From: a bacterium | GTDB lineage: Bacteria; Patescibacteriota; Dojkabacteria; SC72 | Length of the DNA: 64,000 nt | Reading direction: 5' to 3' | Assembly: GCA_021108295.1 (NCBI GenBank) | Contig: JAIORF010000005.1 | Span: 8,531-72,530, forward strand | Shown: piece by piece, positions 17,201-25,940 of the stretch | How the letters are laid out: every line of letters starts with the position of its first letter | Numbering within the stretch: the first letter of the stretch is position 1 | Notes under the pieces: model-generated | Databases searched by the model: none | What the model was told of the DNA's origin: nothing | What the model saw: the letters and a program-made list of their open reading frames with translations, nothing else | Position numbers and translations under genes: made by a program

Positions 17201-20200
17201 AAGATCTGCATCTGGTGAAGCAGCATTTATACCTATATTACCCGTAGAATCATCAATCCTCATAACTGCAGTACCATCTAATTTGAATACTAGTGAATTA
17301 GTACCAACAGCATCCATGAAGAACTCTTGTTCAACCTTATTTATACGAAGTATTCCCTGATTGACTCCAACATCTAAATAAACTGAAGCCGATGCAGGCA
17401 TAGGAACTGTTGAACCTGTTGTGATCCTAAACTCAGTATCAATATCAACACCATTTGAATCACCCTCTAAACTCATCCCAACATCCGTAGTTGTACCAGA
17501 CCCTCCAATCGTTACTAAACCATCACTGTCTATAGTCATCCTCTCTGTACCACCAGCATCAAACCGAATAATATCCTCATTTGGTAACTCCTCTACTTGA
17601 ATACCAGTATCACTATTCGCATCCCATATAGAGTTCACACCTGCTCCAGCACTTGCCCAAGTTAATGTTCCACTACCATCTGTTTGTAATACTTGTCCAT
17701 TTGTTCCATCTACCATAGGGAAGGTGTAAGCATCGTTAAATTGAATGGCTCCCGTTGCAGCAATTTCCATTCGTTCTGTCGCATTGGTACCTAACCGAAG
17801 AGGAAGAGCGTTGTATGTAGTAAGCGTCATATGTCCACTACCCAAAGAGAGTCCACCTCTAGAAGTTGGACCAGCTGACAACCACAAATCAGCATTTCCA
17901 TCTATAGTCCAATTGTTTTGAATCTCAAGTCCAAAGTTATTCGTATTAGCTACTCCATATAAATGCATGATTCTACTCCCACTTGGAGCTGCAGTTCCTA
18001 TTCCAATTTGACCAGTATCTGTTATAACCATTCTCTCACTACTATTTGTATCAAATCTAATAAAGTCCTCATCTCCTGTCTCTTCCACTTGAATACCAGT
18101 ATCTGAATCACCATCCCACATAGAAGTTTCCCCACCAACATTTGTCCAACTCAATGCTCCACTACCATCTGTAATTAGAGCCTGCCCACTTGTACCATCT
18201 ACAGTAGGAAAGGTGTAAGCACTATTAAAGGTAATCGCACCACTACCAGTAGCATTAGCAAGATGTATACGAGTAACTCCATTAGTCCTAATATCCAAAA
18301 CATGATTATCATTTGTACCTATAATCCCACCCTGTGAGAACATATTACCACCCTGTCTCCAAGCACTTGTTCCTCCACTAGCAATCTCTGTCCAAGCATC
18401 ATCCAATACCCCAGTCTTAATCCACAGATGAGTACCTACTACAGCCAATGAACCAAGAGGTGCTGGATAACCAGCTGTTGGTGTTTCATCAAGAGAAACA
18501 AGATCAAAGTAACTACCCAGTCCGTTTTGAATCCTCACCACCTGATGTGGATTGAGAGCCTGATTACTAACTATATGAAGCGGAACTGCTGGAGTAGTAG
18601 TACCAATACCAACCCTATCATCACTAGTAAGTCTCATAACTTCTGAACCATTAATATTGGAAATAATTGGAGAGGTGTCTGCAGTAAAAATATGCAATGC
18701 ATTATTAACCCATCCACTTGTATATCCAATACCAAACATATTCTTCACAATACCAGCATCCCCTGAACCACCACCATGCATAATCAAACCCTCTGCCATA
18801 TCAGTTCCACGAGTTTCAAAAAATGTATCATAACCATCACCCTCTATACCTATAACAAGATCTCCAACAGAACTCATAATCTGATCTCCACTACTGACAA
18901 TCAAATTCCCCATTGTGGTATTACTTGTTCCAATAGCTACATTACCATCTGATCCTATCCTCATTCTTTCAGTAGAATTAGTTTGAAAAGCAATATCAGT
19001 ATCAACTGCATACCCCCCTGTTCTTATTATAAACTCATTAGTTCCACCATCATACACAATTCCACCACCCTCACTCAATCCACCATCACCATTATAAAAA
19101 CTCAATATTGCATCATTAGCTACTCCATTTGCTTCGATAATTGCTGAAGTATTCCCAGCACCAGGACTCCTGACATGAAAATTCCCGTCTAATGATGCTG
19201 GTGATATACCCACACTAAGTCTCTGAGCTACATGTACATGCCCCCCCATTATCCATGTACGATCATTAACAGAATCAAAAGCAAGCCCTGCCATACTAGG
19301 ATCACTCCCCGCTAAATCAGACGGATTATCAATATTAAAGTAAGCACTTACATACCCCCCATCCATCCAATGCAACTCTCCAGTGTTACTAATAAACATT
19401 CTCTCTACTCCAAAAGTGTCAAAACGAATGAAATCCTCATCACCAACCTCCTCTACTTGAATACCCGTATCTATATCTCCATCCCAAAGAGAAGTTGCAC
19501 CACTACCAGTGGATATCCAACTCAAAGCTCCACTACCATCTGTTGCCAACACCTGATTGTTTGTACCATCTACATTAGGAAAACTGTAAGCATTTGCAAA
19601 TCGAATACTACCCTGTGTCCCTGCCCCACTTGCAACACCAGGTATTAAATTAATATTCCCAGAAGTACCATCTACTACACTCCCAGTTTCAATATTAAGA
19701 GCTGTAGTCCCTATCGCCCCTGTCTTATCTTTAGTTGTTAAATTCAAACCACCATCAGCTTCAATATCCAACACCCCATCCTGCTGATCAATTATCATAT
19801 CTCCATTGCTATTCTGTATTGTAAACACTCCAGAATTGACGTAGATAACACGCTCCATCGCTCCACCATCGAACATAAGCATAGCACCATCATCTATAGT
19901 CACATTATCACCACCAGTTGCAGTAGACAAAAGAGTACCAGTTCTAGACCAGAAAGAGGATCCAGCACTATTAACAGCATAGGTACCTACCGCATTCAAA
20001 GCATGAACAAGAGAAGTAGAAGTTTCTCCTAAACCTATGGTAGAACCTATAGCTCCCCCAGAGGCGTATATCTCTGCAAGACTGTTTAGTAAATCATCTC
20101 CTAGAGCACTCCCCGTCTGGGAGAGGTATAAACTTTCATTCACATCAGCAATCCTAACTGTTCCATTAGTCATCTGCATAATTGCCCCGGCTGTCTGAAA

Positions 20201-22051
20201 AGTAATCTCAGAAGTTCCTGTACCAGAAGTGTTTACCGCAAGCAAATGAATTAGAACATCATCGGAATCGTTATTCTCGTAAGCCCCTATAAAAGCCCTA
20301 CGTGTAGGAGAGGTAGACATAGGATTGGAATTGGCAGCATCTATTGCTGCGAACTCTTGCAAGCCTGCTCCCAATGTTGAACCAGTATAGTTTCCTAACA
20401 TCACATATCCCATACCACCTAGTACAGGATCAAGACCATGAGGATCAATTGATAGTCCAGCTGTCGCTATTGTTGGATTCTCATTATCAACCCACCCTCC
20501 CTGACCAACTGTAAAGTCTTGCATAATTACCATATTCCCAAAAGGATTTAGTTCCAGCGTACCTTCAGTCCCACCAGTAGTAGAGATCGTCAAATTACCA
20601 TCTCCAGAATCTGATCTAACCAAACTCCCATCTGAGAGTGTAGTAGTAGCCCCCACTACAAAAGCTCCGTCTGTATAAATATTACCCTCCACCCCTAACT
20701 GATCCTGCACAAACATATCCCCTATATCCAATATAAACCCTGCATTCTCCAATGTCTCTGCCTGATCTATTCCAACTATCACCCCTTTATCATCCTCAAA
20801 AACACCATTTGTACCATCCTCCCAAAAACCACCACCACTACCTGCACCTACTAATGTACCATTCCAGTAAAGGTTGCCCCCTACATTATAAAGTTTGTCA
20901 GTAGTAACAGTAGGCTCAGCAATCTGACCTAAAGAAATTGATCCATCATTATTAACCACAAACAAATCAGCAGTCGTACTATTACCAAAAGTGATAAGAG
21001 CGCCACTACCAAACTGCCTACCCCACAACAAAGCATCACCCGTTGAATACGAAGAAAGAGTACCTGTCTCAAAATAAGACTTCTCTGCAATACATTCACA
21101 AGGATCCCCATCACTATCAGCAGTTCCAGTAGATGAACTATTGGTCCCTGCACAAGTCCCCGATACACCACCAACCGTCATGGTACACGCCTCTCCTGTT
21201 ACAATCTCACAACCATTCCCACTACCACCAGTATCAATATCTGCATCCCCATCATTGTCATCGAAATCGATATTACCAGATTGACAACCACAAACCCCAC
21301 TACCACCAGAACAGTAAGTAGTCCAAGCATGTCCTCCACAACTAGCAGTACCATGATATTGAGATTCACAACCATTTCCAGCAGTAGCAGTTGAAGAATC
21401 ACAATCGAAGTGATTAGATGTACTTCCCGATGTTCCTGTCCCACTCACAGCGTCATATCTACATGTACAAGCTCCAGAGGCTCCAGAACAACCAAGATAA
21501 TCTCCTTGACTAGAAATACCACAACTATCTCCATCATGAATTTCACAACTCTGATTATCACCATCACAATCATGGTAATCTGCATGACAACTTCCAGAAC
21601 ACTCATAGGAACTAGCTTGATATGCAAATGTATTAGCTTTACAAATGGTATTCCTATGCCAAGTTACACACTGAGGATCACGATTACACCAGAAGTTCCC
21701 ACTATTATCACAATATGGAGAACCTGCATCGACTGCGGTATAGCAATCAACTACATAACCACCATTGGTAAGACTATTGTACTGAGTATTGGATGCTGCA
21801 CTATCTGAACCAGGAGCAACCATCGTAGACATATCGTAACACTGAGATGTACCACTATCATCTCCACAAATGAGAAGTGATCCTGGACAACTCTGTCCAG
21901 GGAAATTTGTATTATCAGATGCAGGACAAGAATTAGGATTCTCCTGCCAATTTACAGCCGCATAAGCCAATTTAGCACCAAGAGTCCAACTTCCGACCAG
22001 AAAGACTGATACTATTAGTACTATTCTTAAATTGTTTCTTTTAATTCTCAT
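11291..22051 (-). CDS. Giant secreted modular fibre/adhesin-like protein (3586 aa). Signal peptide, Cys-rich Ca-binding-like N-terminal region, shared repeat modules, NTAxG-type fibre repeats, C-terminal intramolecular-chaperone (S74-like) domain.
   Basis: MRIKRNNLRIVLIVSVFLVGSWTLGAKLAYA is a signal peptide. N-terminal ~300 aa are rich in Cys and D-x-D-x-D-G motifs (DDNDGDADIDTGG, DSDGDPCEC). Modules shared with the other giant genes include GW.EP.LGAGTRMMWYPRKAAFRAG, CNQANSLCIMGGEVGIG and LENTAGDFQ.FR.D.TPES. The C-terminal third has GxxNTAxGxxALxxNTTGxxNTAxG repeats. It ends in SDRRLKENIEESVLGLEFINKLNPVTFNYK...GLIAQEVEAALEGVEF. Confidence 0.85.
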   Translation of the reverse strand: MRIKRNNLRIVLIVSVFLVGSWTLGAKLAYAAVNWQENPNSCPASDNTNFPGQSCPGSLLICGDDSGTSQCYDMSTMVAPGSDSAASNTQYNSLTNGGYVVDCYTAVDAGSPYCDNSGNFWCNRDPQCVTWHRNTICKANTFAYQASSYECSGSCHADYHDCDGDNQSCEIHDGDSCGISSQGDYLGCSGASGACTCRYDAVSGTGTSGSTSNHFDCDSSTATAGNGCESQYHGTASCGGHAWTTYCSGGSGVCGCQSGNIDFDDNDGDADIDTGGSGNGCEIVTGEACTMTVGGVSGTCAGTNSSSTGTADSDGDPCECIAEKSYFETGTLSSYSTGDALLWGRQFGSGALITFGNSTTADLFVVNNDGSISLGQIAEPTVTTDKLYNVGGNLYWNGTLVGAGSGGGFWEDGTNGVFEDDKGVIVGIDQAETLENAGFILDIGDMFVQDQLGVEGNIYTDGAFVVGATTTLSDGSLVRSDSGDGNLTISTTGGTEGTLELNPFGNMVIMQDFTVGQGGWVDNENPTIATAGLSIDPHGLDPVLGGMGYVMLGNYTGSTLGAGLQEFAAIDAANSNPMSTSPTRRAFIGAYENNDSDDVLIHLLAVNTSGTGTSEITFQTAGAIMQMTNGTVRIADVNESLYLSQTGSALGDDLLNSLAEIYASGGAIGSTIGLGETSTSLVHALNAVGTYAVNSAGSSFWSRTGTLLSTATGGDNVTIDDGAMLMFDGGAMERVIYVNSGVFTIQNSNGDMIIDQQDGVLDIEADGGLNLTTKDKTGAIGTTALNIETGSVVDGTSGNINLIPGVASGAGTQGSIRFANAYSFPNVDGTNNQVLATDGSGALSWISTGSGATSLWDGDIDTGIQVEEVGDEDFIRFDTFGVERMFISNTGELHWMDGGYVSAYFNIDNPSDLAGSDPSMAGLAFDSVNDRTWIMGGHVHVAQRLSVGISPASLDGNFHVRSPGAGNTSAIIEANGVANDAILSFYNGDGGLSEGGGIVYDGGTNEFIIRTGGYAVDTDIAFQTNSTERMRIGSDGNVAIGTSNTTMGNLIVSSGDQIMSSVGDLVIGIEGDGYDTFFETRGTDMAEGLIMHGGGSGDAGIVKNMFGIGYTSGWVNNALHIFTADTSPIISNINGSEVMRLTSDDRVGIGTTTPAVPLHIVSNQALNPHQVVRIQNGLGSYFDLVSLDETPTAGYPAPLGSLAVVGTHLWIKTGVLDDAWTEIASGGTSAWRQGGNMFSQGGIIGTNDNHVLDIRTNGVTRIHLANATGSGAITFNSAYTFPTVDGTSGQALITDGSGALSWTNVGGETSMWDGDSDTGIQVEETGDEDFIRFDTNSSERMVITDTGQIGIGTAAPSGSRIMHLYGVANTNNFGLEIQNNWTIDGNADLWLSAGPTSRGGLSLGSGHMTLTTYNALPLRLGTNATERMEIAATGAIQFNDAYTFPMVDGTNGQVLQTDGSGTLTWASAGAGVNSIWDANSDTGIQVEELPNEDIIRFDAGGTERMTIDSDGLVTIGGSGTTTDVGMSLEGDSNGVDIDTEFRITTGSTVPMPASASVYLDVGVNQGILRINKVEQEFFMDAVGTNSLVFKLDGTAVMRIDDSTGNIGINAASPDADLDIEAAENTEFLRFTDSTNSDSVGFFTGNATPEGVVTAQLGSLFMDNTGGALYLKDTGDGTNTGWVQVATGSTISNIYTVNGTLTGDRTLNTGGNNLTLQGTQYANIQLTFDDKVSFENYYSNVSMDDTNWNMHIEQSGGGTSTDFNIGNEITTITSSYGSFAGFQYGADYSANFVDRSLVDKGYVDGIVNNVPANNGLTNDSGTIQLGGILVENTQVSGDYTLRFDSTDTSSVSAAVNLNMGDARLSAAALGNTINHFRATQSSVVMLSDDNQGGSGTGISSIILDASTFGTVRTDSSLGLRYSADYSTNFVDRSLVDKGYVDVLVSSVAPWERDSVNGYIYQKVLTDNIGIGTATPRTALELSGDGAILATGTYSAGWTEPDLGAGTRMMWYPRKAAFRAGGVSGTQWDDGSVGTYSTAMGYDTTASAYTSTALGWVTTASGAHSTALGGYTLASNDYATAMGRETEASGQGSTAIGWSTTASGNASTAIGYQTTASGVATTAIGRAITAGINGDIIAIGLDSTARTCNQANSLCIMGGEVGIGAVAPTASLHLAPTTTSRAQFRLETSAGTDPTTPNSGDLWWNGTELYFYDGSTSNDLLAGGGSSSDAIWDADLDTGIQVEEGIDDDTIRFDVGNYRDVLLLTRTAGFAWNDGGISTLDFRIEGDAYSYLFFADVDNNRIGIGTNTPGTLLEVEGIADTTLRLSRNQSGTGAISNIEFYNSNGAGRVSAKITGSIHTSITYGYLQFFTSDGTLNESMRIETDGEVGIGTIDPDSILHADSNSANTTAILTLENTAGDFQVFRADATPESAITGSVGDLAVDGTNGVLYIKNTGDATNTGWVAFGSGGGAFSTTLNVTSNSPGTLATDDFVFGSSQLADDGNTDHDYRMFFDKSKGSFRAGRVTGTQWDDAYIGVYSAAFGRDTIASGINAVAMGRNTDASGSYSIAMSYGTEASGDYSTAMGYNTEATGENSIAVGENTVASGETSTALGFETEASANYSTAMGYQTVASGLYTTSIGQSITAGTNSNIVAIGLDSTYRTCNQANSLCIMGGEVGIGTGSPTALLHLAPTTASSSQLRLETSAGIDPTSPNSGDLWWNGTELYFYDGSTSNDLLAGGSGGAFSTTLNVTSNSPGTLATDDFVFGSSQLADDGNTDHDHRMFFDKSEGSFRAGMVDGTQWDNVNVGSISMAFGWNATAPGNYATALGRLTDASGTSSTAIGYSSTASADYSTAIGMGTLASAQQAMAFGYGTTASGEYALAMGRDTTASGVRSTALGYDTTASGESSTALGWGTIASGTISTAIGQDSYAAGRSSFTGGRNMRASSGDGTFIWGYDDGGQTFAPANSRFLIFPQGDTGMVGIGIVSPSSTLHVDSNAANTVAMLTLENSAGNFQIFRTDTTPESTVTGSVGDLVVDSNNGTMYLKTSGSGTNTGWTQFATGGSGGDYSDGGEAGGADRTLGNTDAFALSFLTNDVERLKIESGGDIDISQAIKIDGEQTLYNAQAEDGFTGSLVVGNGGTNLSHVNPHEGYYNTFVGIEVGSANTIGNRNTANGYSAFVDNTVGSYNTTTGAYSLTDNTTGDYNTVMGFTALRSNVAGSHNTASGYRALYYNIANSRSTAMGSNAMFYADNRATGRDTYNTAVGYEALRGSPTAANNTGQYNTSIGDSSLLSTSSGSRNSALGHDALYTNTTGNYNTAIGDGSLYTNSTGQYNTASGYNALYSNVATGNTATGHNALYSNTSGIGNVADGRNALFGTTTGNYNTAVGRSALNTNTTGSSNTAIGNQANVSTANLTNATAIGDTTTVNASNKVRIGNGSVTAIEGQVAWSYPSDRRLKENIEESVLGLEFINKLNPVTFNYKAEGQEGIEYTGLIAQEVEAALEGVEFSGLNKPQSEDDFYSLSYSTFIVPLINAVQEQQIEIETLGDLSKNEDFMALFEQVSDIEDQLGVLEDELCTKDDSYSWCEE

Positions 22052-22055
22052 ACTT

Positions 22056-24788
22056 TTATTGACAACAACTTAAAGGTAACGTAGTCTCACAACTTACCAA
22101 CCAACCCTTTCCACCACCAGTACTATCATATGCCCAGTAAGCACCAAGCTGAGCTGTTCCATTATTCGTCCAACCACTACAGTCATTTGAATTAGAGGTA
22201 TACCCTGGAGGACCTTCAGCTATCCAAGCATCAGCAGCAAAACCAGCAATACTGTGTTCTGCAATAAACTGTATTATCTCATCAGTCCTACAAAAGTGAC
22301 TACCTGGGAACTCTGAATTACAAATGTCGTTAGCTGCTTGATAACCGACATACCCACCACTGCTAAACGAACCACTATACGAAGCTACAGTCTTACTAAT
22401 ACTTGTAGAACCACCAGTCACTTCTGTAGCTAAAGCTAGTCGTTCCCAACCTGTGTTAGTCCCATCACCAGAGGCTTTGATATATAAATCACCATTAGTT
22501 CCATCTACAGTCAAATCACCAATTGATCCTGCTACCGAAGATTCAGGAGTAGCATCTACTCTGAAGAATTGGAAGTCCCCAGCTGTATTTGCCAGAGTAA
22601 GAAGAGCTGTAGCATTAACTGCATTTGAATTAATATGAAGAGTAGTAGAAGGAGTGCTTGTACCAATACCTACATTCCCACTATTTTCAATCCGCATCCC
22701 TTCACTTGGAGAACCCACAGTTCCTGTAGAAAAGATTATTGATCCATTCCCATCATCTGTATAAGCATGGATATTTGTATCTCTCGCTATTATATCTGTA
22801 TCAAATCCAAGTCTATAACTCGAGCCATCTCCATGCCAAGTCCCAAATGACCTATTACTCCAATCAGTAATAATATTTCCAACAACTTCCAGTCTTTGCC
22901 TTGGGTTTATCCCAAATCCTGTACCAATACCCACATAGCCACCATTTGTAATACGCATCCTTTCGCTTGGAGAACCTACAGTACCTGTAGAAAACCCTAT
23001 CGATCCAAGTCCGTCACTTGAATAGGAATGAATATTTGTAACTCTACTGCCTACATCTGTGTCAAACCCCAATCTAAAGTTCGAACCATCTCCATGCCAT
23101 GTGCCAAAAAACCTGTCGTTAAAATCAGTAATAATATTCCCTGTGATATCAAGGGTTTGTCTTGGAGCATTTGTCCCTATCCCCAATCTATCAGTAGTAT
23201 CATCCCAAAAGAGATTAGCGTTGTCTTCTGTTACTCCACTTCCTGAAGTAAATAGTACTGACCCAGCAGTATATGCCATAGGGGTGTCTGTAAGAGCCAA
23301 GAAAGTTGTAGATCCACTACCTCCTGCTAGTAAATCATTAGAAAGTGTACCGTCAAAGAAGTATAACTCTGTACCATTCCACCATAGATCCCCTGAGTTT
23401 GGAGTAGTTGGATTTGTACCGGCAGAAGACTCTAGTCTAAATTGCGACCTAGTTGCAGTAGCTGGATTTAAATGAAGTGAAGCAGTAGGAGCAATAGTTC
23501 CAATTCCTACTTCTCCACCCATAATACATAGTGAGTTAGCTTGGTTACAGTTTGTCCCTGTCATATTATCCAATCCAATAGCAATAGTATAAGTTGAACT
23601 TGCTTCAATTCCACTCCCTATTGCAGTTGCCCAATCTCCTGAAGCAGTTGTACCCTGACCCAATGCAGTTGAGAAATGTCCCGAAGCAGTTGTGTCATAA
23701 CCCATTGCAGTTGCACCATCGTGTGTAGCAGATGTATTGTGACCTATTGCAATTGAACCGTCCATTGTGGAAGTTGCTCCACTACCCATTGCGATTGAAC
23801 CAACACCAGAAGAACTCGTATTATGACCCATTGCGATTGAATAAGACCCCGAAGCAGTTGATTCCCTTCCCATAGCTACTGCAGCATCTCCATCAGCCAT
23901 TGTGCTTTCACCAACAGCAAACGAATACTCTCCAATATTACCATTATCCCATTGAGTACCATCTACATATCCTGCTCTAAACGCTGCCTTTCTTGGATAC
24001 CACAACATCCTTGTACCCTCGCCAAGATCTGGCTCTGTCCAGCCCTCGTCAAAAACTCCAGTTGCTAGAATAGCACCATCACCTTCTCCAGCACCATCAC
24101 CTATCTCCAATGCCACTCGAGGACTATCTGTCCCAATCCCTACATTACCTCCATCAAGTATTACAAAAGATGTTACACCATTATCCTGTACCTCAAAAAG
24201 ACTACCTGTACCTATCTGATTAATTATCAATGCCGGTGTCACATCATTAGAAGTCATCTGTACATTACCTGCTGAGTTAAACACTACATTACCTGAGTTC
24301 TCTGTCTGTATATTCACATCCTCACTATCACCAAACAAGCCTCCTGCTGTATGTGCGTAGGGATTACTAGAAAGAGGAATTCTTGGTGTTGCTTCTCCAT
24401 CTGCTCCGACCTTTACCCCTATGTAATACTCATCTGTAAAATCCATATATGCAGGGAAGGAAACACAAGTACCTAATCTTTGTCCAAAGATACCCTCTGC
24501 GTCTGGATCTATCTGCATACAATTACCTACTCCTTGATCATATATCTCTGTCCAAAGCAATGGACCAACAGCAGATGGTACATCACTAGGTAATCCAGTA
24601 GTAATATTGTTGTAAATGGAGAACTGTATGGTAGTAGCCGTAGTTATTGGTATTCCCCCACTGTCTTTTAGCTTACCTTGGTAGTTAAGATTCTCTGGGG
24701 TTGCAGCTTGCACTTGGATGGTAAAAAGAAGCAGAAAAGCACATACGAGTAGGAGTATTCTTTTTTTAGATGAGGGCAGATTATCCAT
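22056..24788 (-). CDS. Secreted modular fibre/adhesin-like protein (910 aa). Shares its first ~210 aa with the 2838-aa protein. Has a C-terminal Cys-containing, possibly C-type-lectin-like domain.
   Basis: N-terminus is identical or near-identical to the 2619..11135 product. Contains the module ATGVFDEGWTEPDLGEGTRMLWYPRKAAFRAGYVDGTQWDNGNIGEYSFAVG, heptad runs, CNQANSLCIMGGEVGIG and TTLHINSNAVNATALLTLANTAGDFQFFRVDATPESSVAGSIGDL. C-terminus is ...DICNSEFPGSHFCRTDEI...AWIAEGPPGY..NDCSGWTNNG...GKGWLVSCETTLPLSCCQ. Its stop is 4 nt upstream of the next gene's ATG. Confidence 0.85.
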   Translation of the reverse strand: MDNLPSSKKRILLLVCAFLLLFTIQVQAATPENLNYQGKLKDSGGIPITTATTIQFSIYNNITTGLPSDVPSAVGPLLWTEIYDQGVGNCMQIDPDAEGIFGQRLGTCVSFPAYMDFTDEYYIGVKVGADGEATPRIPLSSNPYAHTAGGLFGDSEDVNIQTENSGNVVFNSAGNVQMTSNDVTPALIINQIGTGSLFEVQDNGVTSFVILDGGNVGIGTDSPRVALEIGDGAGEGDGAILATGVFDEGWTEPDLGEGTRMLWYPRKAAFRAGYVDGTQWDNGNIGEYSFAVGESTMADGDAAVAMGRESTASGSYSIAMGHNTSSSGVGSIAMGSGATSTMDGSIAIGHNTSATHDGATAMGYDTTASGHFSTALGQGTTASGDWATAIGSGIEASSTYTIAIGLDNMTGTNCNQANSLCIMGGEVGIGTIAPTASLHLNPATATRSQFRLESSAGTNPTTPNSGDLWWNGTELYFFDGTLSNDLLAGGSGSTTFLALTDTPMAYTAGSVLFTSGSGVTEDNANLFWDDTTDRLGIGTNAPRQTLDITGNIITDFNDRFFGTWHGDGSNFRLGFDTDVGSRVTNIHSYSSDGLGSIGFSTGTVGSPSERMRITNGGYVGIGTGFGINPRQRLEVVGNIITDWSNRSFGTWHGDGSSYRLGFDTDIIARDTNIHAYTDDGNGSIIFSTGTVGSPSEGMRIENSGNVGIGTSTPSTTLHINSNAVNATALLTLANTAGDFQFFRVDATPESSVAGSIGDLTVDGTNGDLYIKASGDGTNTGWERLALATEVTGGSTSISKTVASYSGSFSSGGYVGYQAANDICNSEFPGSHFCRTDEIIQFIAEHSIAGFAADAWIAEGPPGYTSNSNDCSGWTNNGTAQLGAYWAYDSTGGGKGWLVSCETTLPLSCCQ

Positions 24789-24948
24789 CTATACTTTCTT
24801 AAGTTTTGCTAACTAAATAGTAGTACACTATATACTGTATACAATACCACTAAACAGATACTAGACGCAAGAGAATATATACTAGGAAAGAATTTACGTA
24901 ACATCGCTCTGTTGGATAAAAAAGTTTATGGGAATTATCGAAGAATAT
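24789..24948 (-). promoter_or_regulatory. Twin copy of the conserved upstream/promoter block (see 11136..11290).
   Basis: Near-identical to 11136..11285. Confidence 0.4.
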
Positions 24949-24966
24949 TATAGTTAAATTGATTGG

Positions 24967-25806
24967 TTATTCCAATCGTTTTTTGATCTTCTTTTCTTTG
25001 AAATGGTTTCTTTTTGATATGACACTCTTTCCAAGTTCTTTCTCTGTTTCCTTGCGGGCTTTTCCTGCAACTCCCCCTCCTCTTTTGGCCACCTTCTTAC
25101 TTTTACTAAAAGTCTCTGGCTTTTCCTTTTTAGATATTTCAGTAGTTACTTTCTCACCAAGCATATTGAAAATGAGCTCCAAGTCTGTCATATGATCTCT
25201 CAAGTTTTCCCTGTCTAATTTCTTCAATTTCTTGTATTGACTTGGTGTAATTCCAAAGGTTGCTTTAGATATCTCTGCTGTTAGAATTGCGTAGTCTTTC
25301 TTACTCTCTATTCCTCTTTTGTGCCACTCGTCTGTTAGATTTTGCCTAATTGCAATTCCTCTTACCCGTTTATTAATCCAGTCTTTAGGGTACCCTTTCT
25401 GTTCATAGATCCTTTTCATCCTTTCTTGAGCTAATTCAGGATTCTCTATCTCTTGTATCCTCTCATAACCTACCTTGGCTAGCCATCGTTTAAAGGGTTC
25501 TGCTTTTTTAGAAGGAATTGATTGAATTATACGAAATATCCCTTCGGTATTGGCACAATCTGTCTCACGCATTTTGCCATCCAGTGCTTGTAATTTCAAT
25601 CCGTGACAAAATGTCACGACTTCAGTACTTTCCTTATTCAAGCGCTGTTTTAACTTTCGCCAATAAGATCCTGCATCAACACTTTCTGTTAATACCTCGC
25701 ACACATCCACAACAGAAAACCACCATTCGTTGTTATGGATAATCTTACGAATTTCTTTCTTCTGAAAAATTGATATCTTTGTTGTAATTGATTTGTCTTT
25801 TGACAT
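24967..25806 (-). CDS. BRO-N domain protein (phage antirepressor / Bro family) with a basic C-terminal tail.
   Basis: N-terminus FQKKEIRKIIHNNEWWFSVVDVCEVL matches the BRO-N pattern (...IR.I...GEPWFVAKDVCEVLG). The middle region resembles the antirepressor C-terminal part. The C-terminus is Lys/Arg-rich. Confidence 0.7.
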   Translation of the reverse strand: MSKDKSITTKISIFQKKEIRKIIHNNEWWFSVVDVCEVLTESVDAGSYWRKLKQRLNKESTEVVTFCHGLKLQALDGKMRETDCANTEGIFRIIQSIPSKKAEPFKRWLAKVGYERIQEIENPELAQERMKRIYEQKGYPKDWINKRVRGIAIRQNLTDEWHKRGIESKKDYAILTAEISKATFGITPSQYKKLKKLDRENLRDHMTDLELIFNMLGEKVTTEISKKEKPETFSKSKKVAKRGGGVAGKARKETEKELGKSVISKRNHFKEKKIKKRLE

Positions 25807-25940
25807 ACTAAAAGGGTTTGTATTATTACCCTATACAATATCATCCAATGGATGGAGAATACAAGGGAAATGGGAGGCAGTTAATGAAAGAATATTAGGG
25901 AACAGAGATTCTTTGTTCCCTAATATTATAGTGTCTCTAT

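Noticed and set aside
3076-21808. Many 60-150-aa ORFs in the track lying inside or antisense to the giant genes (e.g. 3308..3619, 6361..6600, 6955..7179, 8254..8478, 12395..12853, 14697..15038, 21410..21808).
   Set aside because: They are fully embedded in the long fibre ORFs. Several are near-identical to each other simply because they lie on the duplicated DNA modules. They have no independent start context and no recognisable motif. Treated as frame-shadow ORFs.
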